From positions 73,100,001 to 73,164,000 of the forward strand of contig NC_087436.1 of NCBI RefSeq assembly GCF_036321535.1: 64,000 nt of DNA, written 5' to 3'. The notes beneath the pieces were generated by a model. The model was not told where the DNA came from. It was given only the letters and a program-made list of their open reading frames with translations, and searched no databases. Position numbers and translations under genes: made by a program. Below are positions 53,141 to 64,000 of the stretch, piece after piece (the first letter of the stretch is position 1; every line of letters starts with the position of its first letter). This DNA is from Camelus dromedarius. Lineage: Eukaryota.

Positions 53141-55982
53141 AGAAATCATTTGATTGAGATGGACAAAACCAGGCTGGAGCTCAAGGCCTGCCAATAACAA
53201 GCATGAGCCAAGTCATTCAACGTCTTTCATCCTGTTTCACCATCTGTGAAATGGGGTTGGGCAGGGTCAACTCCAAAGCCCCTACAAGTTCAACAGTTGA
53301 GTGAGTCCAGAGCTGCACCCAGTCTACAACAGCAGGAGCATCTGAAGAATCAGGCTACCACAGCAGAGTGGGGAATTTACATAAATAGTCTCTGTAAATA
53401 CCATTTCAAAAAACACAAACCTAGCTTCTATTAAACATAACATGCTATGAGATGAACAAAGAAACAATTTGAAAGAGAAAAAAATTTAAAGTAAATACCA
53501 TGATCATCATTAAAGTCATGACTGGTTAAAGAAATAGTCTATAGAATAGTGTGATTAAAGAGTAGATTTTGTTTATTATAAATCAAGAAAGTTAACTAGC
53601 ATTTCTGCCATTTTCTTGACATAGTACTCCCACATCACCCCCTCATTTCCTGGTCTCTTTTTATTGTTAAACTATTCTTGTTCTTAATGTTCTGTTCTCT
53701 GGGGAACCACAACACACAAAACAGGAAGTTCCTTAATATAACTTGCAATTTTAGAAGGGAAAAACCCAAGAAAATATTAAGAAATTAAAATTTTAGTCAA
53801 ATTGTTGTTTGATTTACATGTCATCAAATAACCAGCATACCTTTAATTATCAGACAAACTAAACTGAGTTGTTTATTTGGCATCAGATGTATAATCAGTG
53901 TTAAAATATCAACAAACGGGGTAATCTGTTATATCAAATTAGCAGCCTTTACTATTTCCTGAGAAAAAGGAAGTTTTTCTCAATGTACATTTGTTCTAGG
54001 ATCAGTAAATATTGTTAAAGAAAGTCAGAAGAAATGGTAACAAAACAGTATAAAGTCACCATCTTCTGTAGAATTTGAGAAGTTGAAGGGATGTTTAGGA
54101 CCATCAATCATGACAGAACTAGATTCCATGTTGTATTTTGATATCCACATAACTCAAATATTTTATTACACTTACTAAAATTATGTGCAATAGAATTTCT
54201 CCTCTTTTGATGACTTAGTAGCCACTATAAAATGTTGCACCATCTCTGATAAAGATAAACATTGTCTCCTTTGCCACTAAACAATGCGGAGATGCAAATG
54301 AGCTTGATGGATTTGAAGGAATGTATTGTGGTCTTGTGAAAACGAAGGGCACCACTTTAAAGTTTTGAAAAATCCCCACTAACAGTTTAATGATCCTCTT
54401 TTCTCTTCAATTCAAATTCCCAGGCAGAAAATGGTCTCCTTGGCTTTCAGCTACTGACATTTTTCCATCTAAGGTTGAAGGGATGTCTTCCCTAATGGTT
54501 TTGCCTTCCACGCGAAAATCACATCATAGTCATTAATTTCTTAAGATTCAGAAGCTCCTATATTCTTTTATATTCAGCAGCGTCACACACTAGTTTTATA
54601 ATATCATTGCCACATGCCTGTTCAACTTTCTGCCGCATTTAATACTTCCTTCACTTGCTCTATATCAATCAAAAAGTTTGTCAACAAACATTTATACAGT
54701 TTCCATTACACATGTAAGGCACATTATTTTCACTGCATTTATTGTCTATCTATGAAGGAATAGGCTTAAATATTTCAAGAATTAATGTTATCTGTTCCCA
54801 TAAGATCTATTCCAAAAAACATTCCAATGCTTTTTCATCATGAGAAATTTTGCAAAAATCATGTTAGGCTGTGATTTTTTTTCCTAGACTAGCCTTGAAG
54901 GGTCATACTTAGCATAATTCAAGCACAAACAATAATAGTAGAATCAAAAGCACAGCATTTTAATGAAACACATGATTTTCTACCAGATGTATCTTTCCTA
55001 TCACTTGAAGATAGGAAAGTCATTTTAAAAAAAAAAAAAACATATAACTCAATTATGTGCGCTTGTGAAATGACAGTGACTTTGCAAATTTCATTGAATC
55101 ATAGATGGGGGCTCTTTGCCGTAGTTCAGTCTGAAACACTCACAGGAAGCTCTTGGCTGTGGGGCTTTAAGAAGGTGTTGAGGAAAACAAACTTTTTTCC
55201 TTTTTACTAACCAAAACAAATGCTTTTCATTAAATCTTTTATTTTAATTGATTAACCCCCAAGATTATAGAGGACTTTTTTAAAAAAAGAAAGATCTGGC
55301 CTTCACCCAATCCACAACCCAATCTTCATCAGTCCCCCATTTAAACAGGAAAAGGATGAAAGTTAATTTGGTGCTTCTCAAATCAGAATCACCTAATTGT
55401 TTCTAATCATTCAACTTGGTTCTGCACAATTTTCAGGGGATTTCTGGTAAACATCAACAGTCAGTCATAGGTAAAAGTTATGAGATTCCTCTCCACAAGC
55501 TCTCTGAAGGCAAGTCTTGGACAGAATCTTGGCACACGCACACTAGCATTTCTCAGCAAACTTGCAACTATCACACCACCAGTTTGGCAAAACTCGACAG
55601 AGTTCCAGCTCTCAGTTCCTCCAAGAGCTCTGACAGAACATTCTGTGGGCAGTTCACTGGAAGCAAAGAAAGCAGGATTCACCCAACTATCAGTCAAAGT
55701 CAGGAGACCAAGAAGTCTCCAAATTAGTAGTCGAAACAGGCCATTGAGGAATCAAGCTCTGGGTGCCATTTCTGTGGATGCAGACTGCTGGGCCTGCTAG
55801 ATCTTTATGCTTTGTGTATGCCAAGGCAGTGAGTGTCTCTACAAGATCGCCAGGAAATCCACATATAGTGAAACTAATAATTTCATCAAGAAATACCTAG
55901 TTCTGATATTTATTAGGCAAATAGAATTTCTGATGTTCATTGTAGATGAATGTAATTGAATTCCTCTTGTTTGTGGACTTTT

Positions 55983-56391
55983 TTATTGAAGTATAGTTGA
56001 TTTACAATGTTGTGTTAATTTCTGGTGCACAGCATAGTGATTCAGTTATACATGCATATCTTCTTTTTCATATTTTTTCATTGTAGATTATTACAAGATA
56101 TTGAATATAGTTCCCTGTGCTATAAAGTAGGCCTTTGCTGTTTATCTATTTTATATACACTAGTTAGTATCTGCAAATCCCTAACTCCCAATTTATTCCT
56201 CCTCTTCCCTGGTAACCATAAGTTCCATAGGTTTGTTTTCTGTGTCTGTGAGTCTGTCTCTATTTTGTAAATAAGTTCATTTGTGTCTTTTTTTTTTTTG
56301 GTTTCCATATATGAGTGAGATCATATGGTATTTTTCTTTCTCTTTCTGGCTTACTTCACTTAGTATGATGATCTCCGGGTCCATTCATGTG
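55983..56391 (-). mobile_element. LINE-1 3' end
   Basis: L1 3' UTR in reverse orientation; TSD gttt(g/t)tggactttt at 55969-55982 and 56392-56405. Confidence 0.88.
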
Positions 56392-56529
56392 GTTTTTGGA
56401 CTTTTGATTAAATAATAGCTTATCACCCTGGAGTACATATTTCTGATTAAGGCAACTAACCTCAGCAAGTGTATAGATTAAAAGTAAATCAGACATACAT
56501 GTTCATATCATACAGTGTATGCTGAAGTA

Positions 56530-56645
56530 TTTTAAAGAAAATTATCCAAGACCTGCTGATTTAGAATATCTGGGCCTGAAAACCTGCATTTTTATACAAG
56601 TTCCCCATATGATGTGTACGCATGCTAGAATTTTGTGAACCACTA
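56530..56645. mobile_element. MER5-type MITE fragment
   Basis: gggcctgaaaacctgcatttttatacaagttcccc...gtgaaccact. Confidence 0.5.
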
Positions 56646-56659
56646 TCAAAGACGGTCTA

Positions 56660-56850
56660 AGGGCTCTGGGGTACACAGACTTGTATTAGAATCCTGGCTC
56701 TTCCACTTTATAGCTATGTACCTTTAGAAAAACTATTTAAACTCTGTGATTCAGTTTCCTCATCCATAAAATGGTCATAATATTACCTACCTTACAGGGT
56801 TAGTGTAAGAGTTAATTAGGTTTTAAAGGTAAAGTTCTTGGCACAAAGTT
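56660..56850 (+). mobile_element. MIR SINE
   Basis: gaatcctggctcttccactta...tcagtttcctcatccataaaatgg. Confidence 0.7.
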
Positions 56851-58220
56851 TCCATATATTATGACTTAAATTATATGAAATATCCTGAGTTTTCTCTTCT
56901 CCAAGGAACACAAATCCTGGATAATGCTATGCTTTTTTTATTCAACTTTAAATTGGAGTGTTCACCACTGAATGAACTCTCCCATTTTTAATCTGAGCAG
57001 GGAATTGTAGCACAGAACTATTACTGTCTTTGTTCTAGAAAGAACTTCAACAAACACTAAAATTACAGCGGATATTTTTGGAGATCTCATCACATGGTTG
57101 ATTTGATCTTACTCTTAACTAAAATACAGAAGTATTCTTTACACATGCTTTTCCAAAGTCAAGTTTATATGTTCTGTACTTCTGGGGTTGGGGGGAATCA
57201 GTTACCAGACCATAAAACCTGTTGAATTTGTCTTGTTGGATACAATATATCAAGATACTTTTGAATTATTCTATCATATAACCTATTTGCTCTCCTCCAA
57301 CTTCATATCATCTCTAAATGTGGTTAGAATACCTTTAAATTTTAAGTCTTTGATTTTACAAAATGTCAAACACACCAGAATGTTTCAACCAACTTGGAGT
57401 CATCACCCTTTGTGAGGGGTTGTCATACCAATAACTGGTCTCTTCCATTGTTGTTACATTCAAATAGTGTTTTCCTATTTTTTCTACAAGAATATCTTGA
57501 GCAAGAATGTGCCACATTCCTTGGCCAAAGGATCAGGCCAAAAAACACCATGTCTATCATAGTAATCTATTATATCTGCCAATTTTTACAAAGAAAAAAT
57601 AAATAAAATTGGGATGACATGATTTATTTTTATTGAAGTGATATTGGGATCTAGGAAACTTCACTATTTGCTTCTAAATAAGAGGTAGGTTTTAACTCAT
57701 GTATCAATAACAATTCATTGGCAATAGCTGCCTAGAGCACAATTTTGACAATGATTCTAGGCCCTGCCCAAACATAGCAGTCAAGAATTCCATGATCTGA
57801 TTATTTATGCAATATCTTCCATGGTGGGAGTAAGAACGTGGTGGCACACGTGTAACATATTTATATGTCATCCTTGGCCTGGATTTTGAAAATCTAGCCC
57901 TTAATCTTCTGGACTCTAAAGTCTTATTCAGCCAGCCATTTATCGAGTCCATCTTTTCACTCCTATGGACAGAATGATATGTACCAATTTCACAGTGTGC
58001 CAATGTCTCTTATTTTTCATATTACTTCTAGACTGGTGAAATGTCTCAGTAATACGATTTGTGAGTTTTCTTAGTACCATAGAATGTAATTCTTCTGGGT
58101 GAAGAGATTTTAACTCATTTGCAGCAAGAAAAATGTTCTGGCTTAATATTTTCAACTATACTGGGCTTCTATTTACCCTTACTCATTTTTCGATAGTTTT
58201 CAATTAAATGACTGGTCCCA

Positions 58221-58770
58221 ATGGCAGATTTTATCTTCCAAAGATAGCCACAATGCTCTCATCCCACATGGATTCTTATAATGACCCTTTGACCATCCAT
58301 GAAACTAGACAGATCTTTGCAGCTCCCCCAAACTGATGGAGTATGACAGAAGCGACATTATGTGACTTCCAAGCTAGGTTATAAAAATAACACACACCCC
58401 CACCTTGTTTTCTCTTGAGACATTTACTCTTGGAATTCACCTGCCATGCTGTGAGAAAGCCCAAACTATCCCATGCAGAGACACATGCAGAAGCCATGTG
58501 AAGGTTGTACAGCCAACAGCCCGGGGAAGGTCTCAGCCAATAGCCTTCATCAACTACCAAGAATGTGAATGAAAAAGACTCCAAAGGATTCCAGTCCAAA
58601 AAACAGAGTAACTCAGACTTCAAATCTCACTAGCTGAGACCCTTGACATCAAGGAACAGAGAAAGTTGTGCCCTGTTGTGCCCTGTTTGAATTTCTGAAC
58701 CCCAGAATCCGTGAGAGTAATAAAATGGCTGTTTTATGCCACTACATTTTTGTGATTAAGTGGAACAACT
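58221..58770 (+). mobile_element. MaLR LTR (MLT1G-like)
   Basis: ttccaaagatagccacaat...gtgacttccaagctaggttataaaa...ccatgctgtgagaaagccc; similar to 47984-48493. Confidence 0.78.
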
Positions 58771-58902
58771 TCCTTTATAGAATATTAATAAAAAATAGAA
58801 GCTTATTTTTTAGATGTCAGTGTTTCTCAGTTACTGTCTTGGAAATACCTATTATGCTTATTAAAATTCAGATTTCTGGACACACAAACACATGAGTGTA
58901 CC

Positions 58903-58925
58903 CACATACACAAACACACACACAA

Positions 58926-58957
<32 letters not shown>

Positions 58958-58961
58958 ACAC
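58903..58961 (+). repeat. (CA)n microsatellite, imperfect
   Basis: Directly visible. Confidence 0.93.
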
Positions 58962-60071
58962 AAGGGTCCTGGAACAACTATGCCAAACCCAAAGAAATGG
59001 TGGAATCACTGCCCTGGAGATGTCCAGTAGTGTATGTATGAGTGCCCTGGACATTAGGGTAACTTGAACAGGAATTAAAAATCTCATTTCCTGACCACTC
59101 CAGAAACAACTGGCACCGTTTCAAATGTCCTAGTTTCAACATTCAAATGTTTGTTATTCAATAAGGTTGCAAAAATAGATCAGTGCCAGATAAAAATGAA
59201 AAAATATCATTTCAACTTGAAAGGGATGATGAATCAAAGGAGAAAGTTGCCCAAGACCACAATAATATCACCTTTTTTATTATTCTGATCCCAAAATCCT
59301 GGACTCGCTCCTGGCCACTCATTGCTTGTTTAGGAGAGAACTGTCCAGCACCACTGCTTCCTGAATGAAAGCAATTAAACCCAGTAAGAGGAAATCCTGG
59401 ATCAGCTTCTAATGTGTTCTAGGACTGAACTCCTTCCTTCAAGAGAAACCAAGGACCCTACTTACCTAAACTCCATAGTAAGCACAGCCTTACATGCATG
59501 AATTCATGGTAATGCCACAAACAAATGATGCAAAATGGGGCCAGTCTACTCAACATGTTTGCCAACTAGCACTTCCATAATCCTTGAAACATGGGAGAAC
59601 TCAAAAGTTTGTCTTCTCAGGAAAGCAGCAATCATACTCTTAACATATCTTATTGCCTAGTGAGTACTAGGTTCAAAGAAGAACATAAACTGCAAACTAT
59701 ACTCAAATATGCAACTTTGTTATGATTACTATTAAAAGATTAAGTTTGATCTGTAAAACAAGAATGCTGGGTGGTGATCACTAGAGATTCTGCAGCATTA
59801 CAAATTGTGTGGATATAAATTTGACTGCTTCCTTGAAAGTAGCTATTTATTGGCAGAAGGGGAGGAGTTGTATAAATGATTATTTTCTTTTCCTGAAATT
59901 TAATCACTGAAAAGTAATTTCAGGAGAATAAGAATCTTGCCATTGACGTCTTAGACACATGCTCACAAAAGATAGGGACTGAACGAGTGCTCGTGAAATG
60001 GTGGGCATGCTTCAGATGTTTTAGAATTAGCATATTTTGAGGTCATTTATAATTTTTAAGAAAGTCTATTT

Positions 60072-60259
60072 TTTGCATATGTATTTTTTATTGCAGTATA
60101 GTCAGTTTACAATGTTGTGTCAGTTTCTGGTGTATGGCATAATGCTTCAGTCATACATGAACATACATATATTCGTTTTCATATCCTTTTTCACCATAAG
60201 TTACTACAAGATACAGAATATACTTTTCTATGCTATGCAGTATGAACTTGTTGTTTATC
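60072..60259 (-). mobile_element. Short LINE-1 3'-UTR copy
   Basis: Homologous to 49375-49540; perfect 14-bp TSD aagaaagtctattt at 60058-60071 and 60260-60273. Confidence 0.9.
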
Positions 60260-61671
60260 AAGAAAGTCTATTTGTATTCCATTTTCAGGCTGATGTTTTT
60301 AATAAGGAATGCAAAGGAAATAGGATGCCAATATCTGGGCTAGGTACTATAGATATTGGGCTAGATACTATAGACAATTTTTTTAATGCAACAAGATACA
60401 GGTAAAAATGCTCCATATGGACCACTCCATAAAACACTTGGACTGTTGCATTTATCATCACGCTTCTACTTTTACTAAGCAGTTCTGAAATCTACATTTC
60501 CTGAACAATAAATTGTAAAGACCAATCTAAATTTTGCATTGTCTGGCAAAACGTACCTCTGCTTCTTTTTGTTCTGCAGGCATTTTTGTCCTACAGCCCA
60601 TGCCTGGTTCATATTTGCTCATATAAAGGACAATGTATTTTGTATTTTGACTCCTGTCTTCTATACAGGATGTTATTTAGATGTATTCCTTTGGACTCCA
60701 AGTATGCAAGTTAAGATGATCAAATGGTAACCATGGTGACAAAGCAGAGTTCACATCTTAGTGGGGTCATGCCATTCTTTCCCACAGTGCAGAACTCACA
60801 TTCTAAGACTAATCCAGTACCTAAAAATAAATCTCAGGACAGCTCATGTTGCCATTTATGGGAAAATATGACTGAGTCAGTTAACTAATCTTCCTGTTGC
60901 AGAAAAAGAATCCCTCTTCAGTAAACTAAGAGATTGCAGTTTTAGGGAAATGAAATGACAAAGGGAGAGGGAGAACATTCTTTTCTTCCAGAGTAATATT
61001 TGAAGCTTAGAACTACTCCATAACCAATCAGAATGCAAAACAAGATCTAGTGAAAAAGTCTACTGAAAAGGCAATAATGGTGTTAATGAAAAAACTATAT
61101 TTGACAGTACTTATGATATATTCACATACATGTTGGCAAAGCGGTCACTAAAGAATTCCTCCAACTGGGGCTTTCTGACATACAGCCTGACTGCTTTGCT
61201 TTGTGCTGGCTGAGACCCAGGAATGTCCATGGCCTCAATCATGCTATCGAGAGGCTGGCTCACGAGCTGATTGTGCACATGGCCATGGTTCTGTCTGCCC
61301 CTGGTCAGCCCTAATCATGTGTGAGAGACAAGCTTGATACTTCTCCTCATGCCCACTTTATAATAAAAGGCTTTGTTTTCATTTGATCCTTGGGCTTCAG
61401 ATTAGGCAGAGTGATAGAAACTAGACAGGATAAAAAATTTAACTTCCTTGCAGAAAATACTACTATTGACTATCCAGTCTTGCACTTAAACTAGCTGGAC
61501 ACAGCTAAACCTTTAAATTCGCTTTCCTAGTTTATTATTTTATTTCTCAATCTTAATTACACTTGTATATTTTTAGCTCAGCTCCTCAGATATCCCCATT
61601 TTCCATCACTAGTCTTCCCACGCTCTTATTCTGAAACTGAATTAAAATGATTTCTATTATACGATGGTGTT

Positions 61672-61900
61672 ACCAACTATAGTCTAATGTTATACACTAG
61701 ATCCTCAGACCTTCTTCATCTTATAACTGAAAGTTTGTGCCCTTTTACTAAGCTCTCCCCATCTCCCACACCCCCTCAGCCCCTGGCAACCACTTTTATA
61801 GTCTCTGTTTCTGTGAGTTCCATTATCAAATCAGCATGTTGTACCCTTTATCTTACAGTTTTATTTGTGAAGTGTACCTCAGTGAAGCTGCAGAGAAAGA
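61672..61900. mobile_element. Old L1 3' fragment with internal inversion
   Basis: 61672-61820 reads as reverse L1 3' UTR (cccctggcaaccac...ctgtttctgtgagtt). 61821-61900 reads as the forward terminal part (tatcaaatcagcatgttgtaccc...cctcagtgaagctg). Confidence 0.65.
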
Positions 61901-62213
61901 AATTTTTTTCTCTTTCAGCTTCATCGGACATTGAGGAAGAATGTTCCCTCTGTATATTTCAGTTCCTGGACCTTCCTTTCAAGTTTAGGTCATTCATCTC
62001 TAGGGAATAATATTTACCCAGTTTCCTATTTACAGAGGCCTCCTTCCCACCAAGCACAGAGTCTGTTTCTATTCTCCCCAATTCTGTTTACAGTGTTTAA
62101 AGAGTTCAAGTAGTTCTAGCATATGTACAAACATAACCTAAGACTGACTCACAACAAAGACTGATGAACTAAGTCTATTATTTACCAACATATTGTTAAT
62201 CTACTGTAAATAA

Positions 62214-62214
<1 letters not shown>

Positions 62215-62253
<39 letters not shown>
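62215..62253 (+). repeat. (TG)n microsatellite
   Basis: Directly visible; perfect repeat. Confidence 0.96.
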
Positions 62254-62255
<2 letters not shown>

Positions 62256-64000
62256 AAGGAACTTCATAGACAGTTGACATAATCAGAGCCCCTCTCTTGA
62301 GAACAAACCTGACTTGATGGACCAGAAGTAAACAAGACAGAGGACTGGAGAATCTTTTGTGCAATTGTAAAAGAAGGGATTGATGGTGAAATGGAAAAAT
62401 AAAGTTATTATACACTAACTGGAAAAGGCAAAGAAAGAACAGCCTGAAGATAAAGATAGCAAGCTAGCTTAAGTACATGATCATGCACGTGTAACTTAAC
62501 TTTTTGAGAAGAGTTTGTGCCACGAGATGTTTTCACAGTACAGAAAATAGTTCTGTGGTCTAGCCAGCTAACCAAATGGGAACAAACAGAGTGACAGGAA
62601 GGATAAGGAACTGTGCCTTTTCCAAATCTCCATCTCCAGGAAAAAACTCTGGGAGGTAGCAACTACAACAGAAAATCTACAAGCAGTGCACCTGGTCATT
62701 TACCTGTTTGGGAGATAAGCAGATTACACGATGTCTTATTTTTTGGAGGAATGCCAGTATTTAAAGTTGCTAAGTTTGAGCCAAGAGATGTGGCTCTAGC
62801 CCTAGGGCAAAACTTGGAGGTCCATGCCTTCTTCACTTAGCTGAGCACCCGTGACTGAGATGTGAGACATGAGATCATGGGTGATTCCTTAGAGGGCCAG
62901 ATCAGTGATTCCTGCAGCCTGACCTTGAGATGGCTTGAGTGTAAGTGTAATTAGCTCTACCATCCAGGGTACTGTCCACAAAGATGGAAGCACCCTGAGA
63001 ACTTCCAGTGTCCTTTATCTACCCAAAGGTTAGATTCAACGCCTTTCTCTTGGCCAGACTCTAATTTAAGGCAGTGAATAAAAGACTTAGGAGTCTAGGA
63101 GACAGATACCAGTCTGAGAAATTTACAACAGTGCTTTTTATTCTCTACTCAAAATAATACTAAGTAATAATCAAATATCTCCAGTTTTAGTTTTTCAGCA
63201 TTCTGCTGGTGAAATTTCTTTCCTTGATTTATTTCCAAAGGCTAAACAGTAAGGACTACTCCACCAAATCAGGAATGTTGGACAAAGAGAGGTGTGCTCT
63301 TCAGCAAGCTCCCTGGACACAACCTGGCTTCTTCCCTGTAGGCTAGATGGCATGTCTCCCTCTTTGATACCAAACGTAATGACAGTGATGAGATCCAGTT
63401 ATAACTCTTCTTTTCTTATGTGGAGCTCTGAGAGGTGGGGCTTCCTTTATTCTTTAATACCTAGAAATATCAGAGCAGCAAGTGACGTGTCGGAGCAAAA
63501 TAGAAAGATTTTGAAAATTTCACGTCTTCTTTTCTGCTCCTGTGGTTAATTATATAAATCATCACTTAGGAAGGCATCAGCCCAAGCTTTGGGGTACTGC
63601 AATATCCCATAAGAGTTTATCAAGTCCGTACATTTTTTAGATGAAAGAAGAATTGTCACAAGTAAGTAAGAGACTTGGATTCCTAAAGTAGAAATATTCA
63701 GGATCTCATGGCATTCCAGTTATGGGTATACTAATTTATGAACTATTTACTTGAATAGATTATGTTCATCTAGCAGTACAACAGAGACGGTAGTGCTGCT
63801 GTCCTTTCCTACACTTCCCAGCTTCCTTGTGGTTCGGTTGGGCCCCTGTGCCTGGTTCTGGCTGTGAATAGATGTGAAGTATGTACTCTCCATTTGAGGT
63901 CCTGAAATAAGTTTTCCATGCTTTCTTGCATCAGCAACCCTGCAGAGAGCTGGGGTCCCTGAGCTGCTGTAGGACGGTGCAGTGCCCTAGAATGCCAGGC

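Noticed and set aside
55416..55800. Three overlapping ORFs of about 80-105 aa
   Set aside because: No homology I can recognise; non-ATG or weak starts.
63320..63465. Possible minus-strand exon
   Set aside because: Stops in all frames and a weak donor.

Overview
Mammalian (eutherian) non-coding DNA, intergenic or deep intronic. I found no host protein-coding exon, RNA gene or CRISPR array that I can support. The window is dominated by transposable-element remnants: (1) a young 5'-truncated LINE-1 (40235-43817, minus) with a perfect 16-bp target-site duplication (TSD) and a nearly intact ORF2; (2) older L1 copies and many short L1 3'-end copies, some with 5' inversions; (3) an ERV-L remnant with recognisable RT, integrase and dUTPase fragments (about 11.7-13.5 kb); (4) a cluster of three ERV1-type solo LTRs (22.2-25.2 kb); (5) MaLR/MLT LTRs, MIR, L2, hAT MITEs and microsatellites. 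The L1 3' UTRs look cetartiodactyl and I saw no Alu, B1, Bov-tA, PRE-1 or SINEC, so a camelid is my best guess (inference). Repeat family names come from recalled consensus sequences, not a database search, and boundaries of old repeats are approximate. I found no convincing novel biological system; the findings are mainly retrotransposon structural oddities.
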